64,000 nt of DNA, taken from NCBI GenBank assembly GCA_011364905.1, contig RDNZ01000002.1:1-64000 (forward strand). The letters are read 5' to 3'. A program made the translations under genes and the position numbers. Position 1 is the stretch's first letter. Each line of letters opens with the position of its first letter. The notes under the pieces were generated by a model. The model did no database searches. It saw only the letters and a program-made list of their open reading frames with translations, and was not told the DNA's origin. Below, piece by piece: positions 10,446-20,761 of the stretch. Source of the DNA: Candidatus Thorarchaeota archaeon (GTDB taxonomy: Archaea > Asgardarchaeota > Thorarchaeia > Thorarchaeales > Thorarchaeaceae).

Positions 10446-11213
10446 ATGGAAAAGCAGTTTCTACTGGCGAATATGACATGGCAAGAGGTAGAAGAGCGAA
10501 TCAAGGAGTGCGACATAGCACTTATTCCTCTTGGTTCGACAGAACAACATGGACCCGCGCTTCCAGTGAGTACAGATCACTACATCGCAACTCAGTTTGC
10601 ACATAGATCCGCTGAGATGGTCTGGGATAAACACAAGGTTGTGGTGACGCCAACAATAGCTTTTGGATTCTCACCTCACCACATGGAGTTTAAGGGTACA
10701 ATAACTCTTAGTGAACTTACTCTTTCTAGTATGATAGCTGATGTTTGTTATTCTCTGTCCCAACATGGATTCAGAAAAATCATAATCGTTAATGGTCATG
10801 GTGGTAATGGAACTGCTATTGCTAATGCACTTCATGACATGCAGGGAAACATCGATGCTAAAGTCTACAGCGTAGACTGGTGGAACCTTGCGACTGACAA
10901 GATCGCGGAGATTGTCACACCTCCAGTATATCACGCATGCGATATGGAAACCTCGGTTGCGTGGTATCTAGGCCAGCGTGTTCTTGAGGACAAGAGAGTT
11001 GATGAACCAGGCAAGACCATTGTCCCTGGGTTTGTTATTCCAGATATGCTAGCTCCACCACCGCATGTGTCCACTTCCTACAGCATGAAAGAGATCACTG
11101 ATTCTGGTGTCGTTGGGTATTCCACAAAGGCAACAAAGGAAAAGGGAAAGATCATCGCAGATGCTGTTCTAGAAAGACTAACTGCTTTCATTGAAGAGAT
11201 TGCCAAAATGTAG
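10446..11213 (+). CDS. Creatininase family amidohydrolase
   Basis: PLGSTEQHGPALP..TD, SPHH, VNGHGGN, HAC..ETS, SGVVG. Confidence 0.92.
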   Translation: MEKQFLLANMTWQEVEERIKECDIALIPLGSTEQHGPALPVSTDHYIATQFAHRSAEMVWDKHKVVVTPTIAFGFSPHHMEFKGTITLSELTLSSMIADVCYSLSQHGFRKIIIVNGHGGNGTAIANALHDMQGNIDAKVYSVDWWNLATDKIAEIVTPPVYHACDMETSVAWYLGQRVLEDKRVDEPGKTIVPGFVIPDMLAPPPHVSTSYSMKEITDSGVVGYSTKATKEKGKIIADAVLERLTAFIEEIAKM

Positions 11214-11257
11214 ACTGCCTGAGAGCGGAGTTTGAACAACCTAATGATGAGGTTTTT

Positions 11258-11527
11258 TTGGATTCATGCATCGAAATAATTGAGGGAGAAGAAGTGGCTG
11301 AATTCGAAGATTCCAGAGCTCCAGAAAGATGTCTGAATTGTGAGTCTCAAAATATTATAGGTCCGTACAAATACATAAACTCGGGAGTTCGCATATCGGC
11401 TTTTGTATTTGTCAGACAGCAGGCCTATGTCTGTGTTGATTGTGGATATACAATGTTATTCACACGCGAGGGCCATGAGGATAAAATCCTCACCGAGTCG
11501 TTGAGACTACAATCTGAAGACGAATGA
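11258..11527 (+). CDS. Small zinc-ribbon protein
   Basis: CLNC...CVDCGY pair in 89 aa; GAGGT upstream of the TTG start. Confidence 0.6.
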   Translation: MDSCIEIIEGEEVAEFEDSRAPERCLNCESQNIIGPYKYINSGVRISAFVFVRQQAYVCVDCGYTMLFTREGHEDKILTESLRLQSEDE

Positions 11528-11624
11528 GAGATCCTGCAGTCCATCATTTGCCCCAGATACAACGCTTAAATTCAATATAGTGAATCATATATTATTCGGT
11601 TTAATGAGAGAAGAGGATTATCAA

Positions 11625-12479
11625 GTGTCAAAGGTTCGAGGTATCAAGACGATTCTGGAAGCGAGGCCAACCATAGAGGGTGCAGGAGTTCGTCTGAAGC
11701 GTGTGTTCGGATACCATGAGAAAGAGCTCATGGATCCATTCCTACTGTTGGATCATTTCGGTTCAGATAATCCTGAGGACTACTTGAAAGGGTTCCCATG
11801 GCACCCACATCGTGGAATTGAAACGATAACCTACATGATTGAAGGTAAAGTGGAACATGAGGATAGCATGGGGAATGAAGGTGCAATCAATTCCGGAGAT
11901 GTCCAATGGATGACCGCAGGAAGCGGTATTATCCATCAGGAGATGCCAAAAGGATTCGAAGGCACGATGATGGGATTTCAACTGTGGGCGAACCTTCCAA
12001 AATCAAACAAAATGATGCATCCGAGATACCAGGAAATCAAGTCGTCAGAGATACCCGTAATCGAAAGGGATGATGGTGCACGCGTGCGAATAATCTGTGG
12101 CAATCTGGATGGCACTTGTGGTCCAGTCAGTGAGATTGTCACCGATCCAGAGTACATGGATGTGACAGTATCTGCAGGAAAGGAGTTCACTCACTCTGTG
12201 AAAGAGGGACACACAGTATTCGCCTACGTGTTTGAGGGAGAGGGATACTTTGACCAGAAGAGAGACACCATCATTCACACAGGGCAACTTGTCTTGTACG
12301 AAGATGGCGACCAGATTGTAGTGAAAGCCGGAGAAAAGCAGCTTCGTTTCCTGCTGGTATCGGGGATGCCAATCGGTGAACCCATTGCATGGTATGGACC
12401 CATAGTCATGAACAATAGAGAAGAACTAGAACTAGCTTTTGAGGAGTACCGTGCTGGCACATTCGTAAAACATGACTAA
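11625..12479 (+). CDS. Pirin family protein
   Basis: EGAGV, DPFLLLD, GFPWHPHRGIET, QWMTAGSGIIHQE, GPIVMN; GTG start after GAGGA. Confidence 0.93.
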   Translation: MSKVRGIKTILEARPTIEGAGVRLKRVFGYHEKELMDPFLLLDHFGSDNPEDYLKGFPWHPHRGIETITYMIEGKVEHEDSMGNEGAINSGDVQWMTAGSGIIHQEMPKGFEGTMMGFQLWANLPKSNKMMHPRYQEIKSSEIPVIERDDGARVRIICGNLDGTCGPVSEIVTDPEYMDVTVSAGKEFTHSVKEGHTVFAYVFEGEGYFDQKRDTIIHTGQLVLYEDGDQIVVKAGEKQLRFLLVSGMPIGEPIAWYGPIVMNNREELELAFEEYRAGTFVKHD

Positions 12480-12534
12480 CTTCAACGGGCTGATTAGAAA
12501 AAGTCCTAAACGAAGGTCATATATACTCGAAGAT

Positions 12535-12603
12535 TGGCGGCGCAGATGTGTGTCCGACCCAGAGTTGAGGGCCGCCATACCGTTTGGATTTACGGTGAAA
12601 AAA
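12535..12603 (+). promoter_or_regulatory. Two-hairpin 5' leader of kbl; the second hairpin overlaps the GGTGA RBS
   Basis: TGGCGGC(12535-41)/GCCGCCA(12571-77) and ACCGT(12579-83)/ACGGT(12592-96); GGTGA at 12594-98; ATG at 12604. Confidence 0.35.
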
Positions 12604-13791
12604 ATGAGAGATCCCATTGGTTGGATGAGAGACGAGTACAATAGACTCGTAGAAGAGAATCTTGACTGGAAAATCAGGGAGTTGCAAGGACCTTCGACTC
12701 CTCGAGCAAAGATTGATGGCAAAGAGGTAATCATGCTCTGTAGCAACAACTACCTCAACCTCAGTAATCACCCTAAGTTGATTAAGGCAGCACTTGAAGC
12801 CATCAAGACTCACGGAGTAGGTTCAGGCTCCGTTCGAGCAATTGCAGGGACTATGGACCTGCATCTCGAATTAGAGAGACGACTTGCCAAGTTCAAGGGA
12901 GCAGAGGCCTCACTCACGTATAGCGCAGGTTTTACGACAAATGAGGGACTTATCCCAACTCTTGTCGACAAAGACGACGCAATCGTTTCAGACGAGCTGA
13001 ATCATGGCAGTATTATCGATGGTGTTCGTCTGACAAAGGCCACCCGTTTTGTTTACAAGCATGGTGATGTCGCAGATCTGGAAAGAGTACTAGATGATGC
13101 TGAGAAGGAAAAGCCAGAGAAGATGCTTGTCATCACTGATGGAGTCTTTTCCATGGATGGAGACATCGCGCCACTGGATGGCATCGTGAAAGCTGCAAAA
13201 CCACACGGTGCGATGATATATGTTGATGACGCTCATGGTGAGGCAGTCTTGGGCAAGGGTGGCCGCGGAATTGTTTCACACTTCAACCTCACTCACAAGG
13301 ATGTACATTTCGAGATGGGCACGTTCTCCAAGGCCTTTGGGGTCATGGGAGGTCATGTGTCCGGAAGTCGCGACATGGTGAACTATGCCTTGAACAAGAG
13401 CCGTTCGTGGCTACTCAGTGCATCACACCCACCGGCCACTGCAGCGGCGTGCATCGCAGCAATCGATGTCCTCGAAACAGAGGAGGAGCACGTGAAGACC
13501 CTCTGGGACAACAGAGAGTACTTTGTGAAGGGTCTCCAGCAGATGGGCTTTGACACTGGTTTCAGCCAGACGCCTATCATCCCAGCGATGTGTGGTGAGA
13601 GCTCAAAGGCTGTGGCTCTAAGCGACGGTCTCTTCAAGGAAGGAATTCTCGCACTGCCTATCGTGTTCCCAATGGTAGCACGTGACAAGGCAAGGATCCG
13701 CAACATGATGAATAGCGGTCTAACCAAGGACCAGCTAGACACTGCTCTAGCAGCCTACGAGAAAGTAGGCAAGCAAGTTGGTATCATTTAG
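12604..13791 (+). CDS. kbl: Glycine C-acetyltransferase / 8-amino-7-oxononanoate synthase family PLP enzyme
   Basis: CSNNYL, GSGSVRAIAGT, DELNHGSIIDG, TDGVFSMDG, VDDAH, GTFSKAFG; start at 12604 after GGTGA. Confidence 0.85.
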   Translation: MRDPIGWMRDEYNRLVEENLDWKIRELQGPSTPRAKIDGKEVIMLCSNNYLNLSNHPKLIKAALEAIKTHGVGSGSVRAIAGTMDLHLELERRLAKFKGAEASLTYSAGFTTNEGLIPTLVDKDDAIVSDELNHGSIIDGVRLTKATRFVYKHGDVADLERVLDDAEKEKPEKMLVITDGVFSMDGDIAPLDGIVKAAKPHGAMIYVDDAHGEAVLGKGGRGIVSHFNLTHKDVHFEMGTFSKAFGVMGGHVSGSRDMVNYALNKSRSWLLSASHPPATAAACIAAIDVLETEEEHVKTLWDNREYFVKGLQQMGFDTGFSQTPIIPAMCGESSKAVALSDGLFKEGILALPIVFPMVARDKARIRNMMNSGLTKDQLDTALAAYEKVGKQVGII

Positions 13792-13795
13792 AAAG

Positions 13796-15556
13796 TTACT
13801 GTGAGACATCTCGTAACGAGATGTCCACTTCTCTCTTATTTTTCGAACGCAACCTGCCAGTCAGTCTGAGTACAATGTAGCCACAGATAGCGATTGCGGT
13901 AGCAAGTAGTAATAGAATCAAGATTGCCCAATTGAGAGTAAAGGGAAATGTGTAGAGTACAGTAGGTGCGATTTGTATGAGATCCAGGAACCCCAAGGGT
14001 AGTATGAGAAATAGAGGATAAGTGTCAGATAAATCTGGAGAACTCAGAAAGTAACTTGAAAATAATAATGGACACCAAAAGAGAGCTAACGATAAAAGGG
14101 TCCAGTAAAATGCACCCTGGGGAACTTCGAGCAGAATCCATCCGGAGTCTGTCCAACTGGCAACTAGGGGAATGGGGCCAAAAGCCACAACTTGAATCGT
14201 CGTATTGAAGCCATAACTGGCTTCCACAAGCTCACGGACACTGAAAAACCAAGGAATGAAAACGGTAAACCCAATCAGAACTACTGGAACCAAAAGAGGT
14301 TTTCTCCACGAGATTTCAGGTTCTTTGGTCTTTGAATAGCGATAGACTCGAAGGATTATGCATAGGATAAGAAACGCTGTCAAAGAAAGTTGGTAGAAAT
14401 TAAGCGGAGTAATGATGAAATCAAAGAAATACAGGTAGGACATCGAGATTTCAGCATTGATATTATGTGAACCATTTGCTTCTATGAACTTAAAGGTATA
14501 GACACCTACGTCGTGTGGTTCATATCTTAGAGTTTTAGAAAGCGGGTCCATTGAATAAACGTCGATGATGTAATATTGGTATGGTGGAGGCAGGAAAAGA
14601 TACTCCGGGAATTCTGAATCGTAGAGGTATAGGTCATAAACTAGGTATTGATTGTAGAAACCATATTCTATGAAGTCGGTTTTGATTTCGAGATGAATTA
14701 GAGGAATCGTGTTTTGCTTTGAGAGTGACAGTCTCACTGTTTTCATGTTTAAAATACATGTTGTCGAGTAATTCTCAGAAACTGTGAGGTAGAAAATAGG
14801 AATTGAAGGTACCTCATCACCCCAAGATACTTCCATAGTATAATTCGAAGGTTTCAGGTACAATGTACGATTCTGATAGAATGCACCAAAATCACCATAC
14901 GCTCCTCCACTCTGCCGTTCGAAGCGAATTTGAGGACGGAAATGGTTCATCCACATCGTATAGGGATTCTCGAATAATGGATACCCGTTAGTTGTTTGCC
15001 AGTTCAAGTTGACTGGAGAAACAGGAGTATCAAATTCAGCCCATAGCAGCACATTTCGGAATTCCAGGGTGATATTTGATTCAAAGATAACTCCGCAGAA
15101 GGGGATCCAATAATCGGGGTGTTCGTTTATGACAGACATAGTAGGTTCCACAGAAAAGACAGTTGGAGCGTGTCCTACAACAACCTGATGCGATGAGCTG
15201 TAATATCCTAGATATGTACGTATGTTGACATCGGTGTCATTCTCGGTTGATTGCAGTGTGATATTGTAAACGAACCTGCTTACTCCGTCTGCACTTGTAT
15301 AGAAAGTAACTCCATCCAGTTCATTCAAAGTGTAATTAAAAAGAACAGCTGATTTCACCGATAGGCTGAACTCCGTCGATAGTGTGTAGTTGCTCTCCTG
15401 AGGGATTGCATCTCCCTCTGTAACTCTAATTGTGCCAGTAGCTCGCAGTGGCCCATATGCGAGTTGGTTCGAGTAAAACAGAACAAGAACAACAATCAGG
15501 ATTAGCAAATCGAATTTGGATCTCTTCAGTATCGAAAAGATATCTGTTGGACTCAT
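13796..15556 (-). CDS. Membrane protein with a large extracellular domain and C-terminal multi-TM region (paralog of 25248-27521)
   Basis: N-terminal anchor, many N-x-S/T sequons, C-terminal TMs; shares FIPWFFS and GPIP..W motifs with the paralog. Confidence 0.75.
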   Translation of the reverse strand: MSPTDIFSILKRSKFDLLILIVVLVLFYSNQLAYGPLRATGTIRVTEGDAIPQESNYTLSTEFSLSVKSAVLFNYTLNELDGVTFYTSADGVSRFVYNITLQSTENDTDVNIRTYLGYYSSSHQVVVGHAPTVFSVEPTMSVINEHPDYWIPFCGVIFESNITLEFRNVLLWAEFDTPVSPVNLNWQTTNGYPLFENPYTMWMNHFRPQIRFERQSGGAYGDFGAFYQNRTLYLKPSNYTMEVSWGDEVPSIPIFYLTVSENYSTTCILNMKTVRLSLSKQNTIPLIHLEIKTDFIEYGFYNQYLVYDLYLYDSEFPEYLFLPPPYQYYIIDVYSMDPLSKTLRYEPHDVGVYTFKFIEANGSHNINAEISMSYLYFFDFIITPLNFYQLSLTAFLILCIILRVYRYSKTKEPEISWRKPLLVPVVLIGFTVFIPWFFSVRELVEASYGFNTTIQVVAFGPIPLVASWTDSGWILLEVPQGAFYWTLLSLALFWCPLLFSSYFLSSPDLSDTYPLFLILPLGFLDLIQIAPTVLYTFPFTLNWAILILLLLATAIAICGYIVLRLTGRLRSKNKREVDISLRDVSQ

Positions 15557-15675
15557 CTCCCACCACACAGTTGGTGGGATGAGCAGACATAAAGATATTG
15601 TGATTTGCAGGATATGCAAATCGATGTTTCCATGGCAGAATTCGGGAATGCGCCTTAGTTGGGCGCATTCATCCC

Positions 15676-15954
15676 CTATTTGACCTTCTGGTCAACCTTC
15701 TCAAGTTCCACAATAGGAACGAATCTGAAGCTGACTTCTGGAAGATAGTGACGAGTGATTTTGACTAGGTGCTCAGGATCTTCGGTCTCCACAAGCTGGA
15801 ATCCCTCAGGTCCATCAACCATCGTGTAGTTCTTCGAGATGAACTTTGCATGCTCATCAGGGCTACTCTTCACGATTCCTCTGAACTCTTTCAGCTTATC
15901 CATGACGACATTATGGTCTGCTGGGTCATATTCCCAGAACATGATGTATTTCAT
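15676..15954 (-). CDS. DUF3303/GYD-like small protein
   Basis: MKYIMFWE, GFQLVETED, FRFVPI pattern; start at ATG 15954. Confidence 0.65.
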   Translation of the reverse strand: MKYIMFWEYDPADHNVVMDKLKEFRGIVKSSPDEHAKFISKNYTMVDGPEGFQLVETEDPEHLVKITRHYLPEVSFRFVPIVELEKVDQKVK

Positions 15955-16085
15955 TATAACAACTCCATACAACTTTACTAGAACTCGACTCAATTGGTTA
16001 AGAGAGTTGCGACATAGCGTTATTTTTGAAGACACACACAATCGCACTCATAGAGATGTGCGCTAATCTCCTTTGATCTAGCCAC

Positions 16086-18017
16086 CTATTCCTTTCGTTT
16101 TTCCTGCAACTCCGCCATCAAAGCTAATGCAGGTGCAAGGTCTGGTTGCCATTTTAGAGCAGTTTCAACAGCATTGATTGCATTTTCGAGCTCGCCGACA
16201 TCCAAGAAATTAAAGGCGCGATTATACCAGGTGCGGGCCATCCGTTGCTCGTCATTCAGAGTTTCACCTTCCACAGTTGGTATTCTTCGCTGATTGGACT
16301 TGATTGATATATCAAGTGCAGCGGGTTCCTGGTGTCTAATGGGCTCAATGGTTTGATCAGGTTCAACTGGGATTGCTGGTTCAACTGGAGCTGCTGCCAT
16401 TGGCGGTTCAATGACATCAGGTTCCAAATTGCCAGAGCGAATTGGCTCTATGGTTTCTGGAGGCCGCGTCGCAGTAGGTTCTTCATAAAGCCCGGTTCTG
16501 ATTAAAGTCTCAGGTGATACTTCCATTGGCGCATGCTTTTTCTTTGGTACCCGACTCAGCTTGAAGGGATCTTTACGAAATTGCTGAACACCAAAGAAAA
16601 TCAAGAGGAAAAGCGAAGGATAATAGAAGAACTCCACAGTGATGAAGAAATCACTAAATAGTACCATGGGTGCGCTCGCAAATCCAATGGCAGACAGGAA
16701 TGATACAGTTCTTCCTGGTTTTAATACAATGAGCATCGATCCCAGGCTTACTAGCGCAAAAAAGAGAATATCGAGCTCAATGAAGGACAGAGGCCCCATG
16801 TTTATCTGAACGGGAGAAATGGAGAGTGTCATTAATCCCAAAATGCCTAAAACCAATCCTGCAAGTGCAACCAGTACTCCGATTCCGCCAACTATTTTGG
16901 GGCGAGCAATGAATCGACCTCTGAGATATTCTCCAAATGAGAACCCACAAAACAAGAAAACTGAAGTCCCCAAGACTGCAAGAGTCAGTCCAGTGAATGT
17001 AAAGAAGTTGCTCAGTAAGATTACGCCAGAAAGGAAGACAACTACACCAAAAGCTGCAAGAATGCAGCCCAGGATGAGTCCGAGGCCAGTAGTGATAGGA
17101 CGTTTGATCTTGAGATTCTTCATCGAGAAGTAGAGTATGACGTAAATAGCAAAAACTCGAACTGGACTGAAGAGAAACAAACGCCTGATGATGAGAGTTT
17201 CTAAGAATAGCCATACTGTTGCTGTGATATAAAGAGCATTCTCAGGATGCTCTTCAGGATAGAGAGAACTCGCACCCAAAGGGAGTGCGAATAGCATGAA
17301 GAATATTGTCCCAAAAATCCGAAGATAGTAACCTAAAAGTATAGAATCGACTGAACTGGCTTCACCAACGAGAAATAGGCCCCACCATGCCATACCAATG
17401 CCAAGAACAAAGTAGAATATTGTTATGAATTGCCTTCGGGGAATAAAGATGCTTGAGGTCAGTATTACTCCTATCGAGTATAGGAGCTCAACTCCAGTGA
17501 AAGAAAGCACACTTGTGACTCCAAAGAGAGGAAGCGTTTCACCGAGAACCCAAAGGAATACAACGGCAGCGGACACAAGTGTAGCGCCTCTTACAATTTT
17601 ATTACGATCAATGGTGAACTCGGAGCTCGCCAGCCAAAGACCCAAAGAAACTGCGCCTAGAAGACTGACTTCATTACCTAGAATATTCAAAATCGTCAGA
17701 GCTATGTTATACCAACTTGGAATCAACGTTGGTGGAAAGACGACATCTTGAATAATGGCGGACGCGTAAAAGGCGCTAAGACCAACAATCGTACCATAGA
17801 TACCGAGGTTTCGATGACCTTTTCCCAATGCATAGGAGATTAGTACTACAAACAGCGCCATGAAAAGGAGATGCATTGATATGTAATCGTAAACTGATTC
17901 GGGTTTTGCACCAACATAGCACCAGAGTCCGGAAACAATGATAGCCGGCAGAAATCGCAACACTGTTCCAAAGCTGAATTTTGTATTTCCAATGGAGTAT
18001 GTCTTGCCCATAGACAT
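16086..18017 (-). CDS. Polytopic membrane protein with a Glu-Pro-rich linker and C-terminal TPR
   Basis: Roughly 15 or more hydrophobic segments, TIEPIR/VEP repeats, WYNRA...AL..QPD TPR. Confidence 0.75.
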   Translation of the reverse strand: MSMGKTYSIGNTKFSFGTVLRFLPAIIVSGLWCYVGAKPESVYDYISMHLLFMALFVVLISYALGKGHRNLGIYGTIVGLSAFYASAIIQDVVFPPTLIPSWYNIALTILNILGNEVSLLGAVSLGLWLASSEFTIDRNKIVRGATLVSAAVVFLWVLGETLPLFGVTSVLSFTGVELLYSIGVILTSSIFIPRRQFITIFYFVLGIGMAWWGLFLVGEASSVDSILLGYYLRIFGTIFFMLFALPLGASSLYPEEHPENALYITATVWLFLETLIIRRLFLFSPVRVFAIYVILYFSMKNLKIKRPITTGLGLILGCILAAFGVVVFLSGVILLSNFFTFTGLTLAVLGTSVFLFCGFSFGEYLRGRFIARPKIVGGIGVLVALAGLVLGILGLMTLSISPVQINMGPLSFIELDILFFALVSLGSMLIVLKPGRTVSFLSAIGFASAPMVLFSDFFITVEFFYYPSLFLLIFFGVQQFRKDPFKLSRVPKKKHAPMEVSPETLIRTGLYEEPTATRPPETIEPIRSGNLEPDVIEPPMAAAPVEPAIPVEPDQTIEPIRHQEPAALDISIKSNQRRIPTVEGETLNDEQRMARTWYNRAFNFLDVGELENAINAVETALKWQPDLAPALALMAELQEKRKE

Positions 18018-18112
18018 TACGACGCCCGCTTTAAGACATGTTCCTAGCGCGATAAAAACATTCCGCGAAAAAGTGCTAACGCTTATTTCCTTCATATCAT
18101 ATAGATAGTGAC

Positions 18113-18349
18113 ATGTCGGAATTCGAGAAAGATACGACCCTGCGGAGTGTATTACTCGATGCTGCCAAGTCGAAGGAGCGAATCAGATTCTTTGGACCAG
18201 GAATGATGATTGTCGCCGAAGGCCAGATTGCATTTGTTGGAAAGGATGTAGTTGGCATTAAACATAGCAAGACTGAAGATGCTGATGAGTTCGTCTGCAT
18301 TGAGTGCATCATCAAACTCCAGACTCTAGGAGAGTATCGTCAGTACTAG
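18113..18349 (+). CDS. Small beta-barrel (Sm/DUF2642-like) protein with CxxC
   Basis: EGQIAFVGKDVVGI ... FVCIECI pattern; 78 aa. Confidence 0.55.
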   Translation: MSEFEKDTTLRSVLLDAAKSKERIRFFGPGMMIVAEGQIAFVGKDVVGIKHSKTEDADEFVCIECIIKLQTLGEYRQY

Positions 18350-18434
18350 AAAAGAATCAGTTCTTTGCCACAGACACGAAATGAGTCGATGTGTTTATCT
18401 GTGGAGTCGTAAATTGTTTCTTGAGGAATTCAAA

Positions 18435-18842
18435 ATGGGATTGTTTGGTACCACTGCTCCAGTATTCATTGATGTCAATCTTATTCTTCAATATGTAACA
18501 CTTGTGATCTTGATAATAGGCTATTTCAAAACAAAGCCTCGCAAGACTCACGGTTATCTCATGGTCTTGGTGCTTTTCATCACAGCAATAACGACTATAC
18601 TAATTATGGCGCCACGATTGTTGGTTGCAATAGCTGGTGGGGACATTTTTGCAGTATTACATGCCAGTATTGGGTCTCTTGCAATCATTCTAGGTGCTGT
18701 CTTCGCATCAAGATTCATCATTGCTACGACGAACAAACAACCGCTCGTGTGCGGCACCAAGAGGATGATGAGAATAGCTTTTGTCCTATGGGTACTACCA
18801 ATACTTTCAGGTTCAGCAATCTACATCCTGCTCTACCTATAG
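18435..18842 (+). CDS. DUF420-like four-TM membrane protein
   Basis: Four TMs with HGYLM and HASIG histidines; GAGGA before ATG 18435. Confidence 0.65.
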   Translation: MGLFGTTAPVFIDVNLILQYVTLVILIIGYFKTKPRKTHGYLMVLVLFITAITTILIMAPRLLVAIAGGDIFAVLHASIGSLAIILGAVFASRFIIATTNKQPLVCGTKRMMRIAFVLWVLPILSGSAIYILLYL

Positions 18843-18864
18843 AATCACCATATTTCGGAGGACT

Positions 18865-20034
18865 CTAAATCCCTCCATACACTAGTAGAATATAGAGCAT
18901 CATAATGAAGACTGCAATCATCGAAACAGATTCGAGTGCATTGATCTTTGAGTCATCTGTTATCATTATCCGCAAGATGAACAACGTTGGGAATGCAAAT
19001 AGTAGCAGAACAACCGAGTAGACATCTATAGGCAGTATATCGACTCCGAGATAAATCGGGTCAATGTAGCCAATGACCCCAGAGAATATCATAGTGAAAC
19101 CAAATATAACAAAGAAGACTTGTACAATTCCTCCAAATGCATTTGAGAGAGCAACATCAAGCTCATTCTTCCTATGACTACTCGCGACGATGATGTACTC
19201 AGGGGTGCCCCCGAAAATAACCAAAAGGAGTGCTGCGTGTATGACTGGCAGACCTGCCTGGTTTATTGCATAGTGAGCAAATGATGAGAGTGCCTCTCCA
19301 CCAAGTAATGCCCCAAGGGAAGCCACAGCAATGAGAGAAACGAGTGCTCGTTCTGTCATAGGCTTATGTTTTACGTCACACGATAGGTAAGGGTCTTCAG
19401 AATTCGGATCGCACCTGCCATAGTATTTAGTGATTTGGTACATATAAGCAATGAATACAAACAATAGACACAGACCAAATAGAACCAATTCGCCTGAATC
19501 GAGATATTGCCTTATTTCACCGCCCGTCGGTGTGATTGGAAACAAATGCACCAGCATCATGGATAGGCCCACTGATAGCGAAATCACAGCACCCATGGCA
19601 AGCAAATCAGAGCCAACCCACATGATAGCATCAGGTAGTTTGAAATTTCCATGTTCATCCTTTGGCAAAATGAGTGTGTACACTGCAAATACCAATGAGT
19701 TCATGAAAATGGTTGCTAATGCAAGAATCCAAGCCATCTCATATTGTCCCCCAAAAATGAGAAAGAAGACCACACATATCTCAGGAATTGTGCTTGCGAT
19801 GCTCGCATAGATACCAGAAACATAATCTGTCAGATTCCTATTGTGTGCGATTCCTTCCACAGAAAGGACAAATGCTTCGCAGGCCCCTGCAATCAACATG
19901 ATGCCTCCCACTAACTCCAAAAAAGGAGAGATGGTTTCAGGAATTAGGTGCAGAGCTATGGTTTCAAGAAGCAATAGTGGTGCCACAATTGCCAGTCCAA
20001 TAACGTATGACCATTGCCAGAGATGCAGTTTCAC
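18865..20034 (-). CDS. Cation/Ca2+ exchanger (CaCA/CAX family)
   Basis: Alpha repeats ASTIPE..N and GGTPE..SNAFG; about 11 TMs; GTG start after GAGGTG. Confidence 0.8.
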   Translation of the reverse strand: MKLHLWQWSYVIGLAIVAPLLLLETIALHLIPETISPFLELVGGIMLIAGACEAFVLSVEGIAHNRNLTDYVSGIYASIASTIPEICVVFFLIFGGQYEMAWILALATIFMNSLVFAVYTLILPKDEHGNFKLPDAIMWVGSDLLAMGAVISLSVGLSMMLVHLFPITPTGGEIRQYLDSGELVLFGLCLLFVFIAYMYQITKYYGRCDPNSEDPYLSCDVKHKPMTERALVSLIAVASLGALLGGEALSSFAHYAINQAGLPVIHAALLLVIFGGTPEYIIVASSHRKNELDVALSNAFGGIVQVFFVIFGFTMIFSGVIGYIDPIYLGVDILPIDVYSVVLLLFAFPTLFILRIMITDDSKINALESVSMIAVFIMMLYILLVYGGI

Positions 20035-20101
20035 TATTTGAGCACCTCTTCTCAGGCTGATGAGCCGTGTAATTAAACTTCTCCCTTCCAAAGGATTGGA
20101 A

Positions 20102-20644
20102 TTACGCGTCCTCTGCAAGTACCTTGCGGATTATGGTTGTTGCAGTCCTTCCTATGACTGTTATTACAATTTGGACCAGAAGTGAAATGAAGAATATACC
20201 AATTGAGACTGATATACCAAAAAAGCTCAACGAACTAGCAGATTCTGCAGCAAGAAAATAGACCCAGAGTAGGTAGTATCCATAGATGCCTAGGATTAAA
20301 ATGAATCCTACTGCAAGACCATAGATGATAACGACCATCTTCGCGCCAGGCTTATTAAGGTCGATTTCCCCGACTCCTTCTCCAATCACCACTCGCCCTA
20401 TGCGACGATTGAATCGTACAAAGAAGCCTATCGCTCCCAGAAAAATGAACAGGGTCACCATTGCTCCGAATAGTAGCAAGAAAATTGCGATGATGGGTTC
20501 AATAATTGAAACATAGTTCCTCAAGAAAAATGCTGTAGTAGACCCAAGAAGCATAATTGCCGACACAATCTCAGCAACAAGAGTGAGTGTGGCAGTTCCT
20601 CTGAACATTGATCCTACATCAAGAAGTTCCTCATCATCAGACAA
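20102..20644 (-). CDS. Hypothetical four-TM membrane protein
   Basis: Hydrophobic ORF; TTG start after GGAGGG. Confidence 0.65.
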   Translation of the reverse strand: MSDDEELLDVGSMFRGTATLTLVAEIVSAIMLLGSTTAFFLRNYVSIIEPIIAIFLLLFGAMVTLFIFLGAIGFFVRFNRRIGRVVIGEGVGEIDLNKPGAKMVVIIYGLAVGFILILGIYGYYLLWVYFLAAESASSLSFFGISVSIGIFFISLLVQIVITVIGRTATTIIRKVLAEDA

Positions 20645-20761
20645 AGCAGTTCCCTCCGGGAGCGTGCATATATTTTGATTTCTTGGTCTGCATAAAGACT
20701 TGTTGCCTTGAGTGGCAAACCTCAAAAAGAAGTAGGAATGATGGGCGATTGAGTTGATGAA

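Noticed and set aside
12472-12603. 44-aa N-terminal extension of kbl in the ORF track
   Set aside because: Non-homologous to the family; RBS and ATG at 12604 fit the expected start
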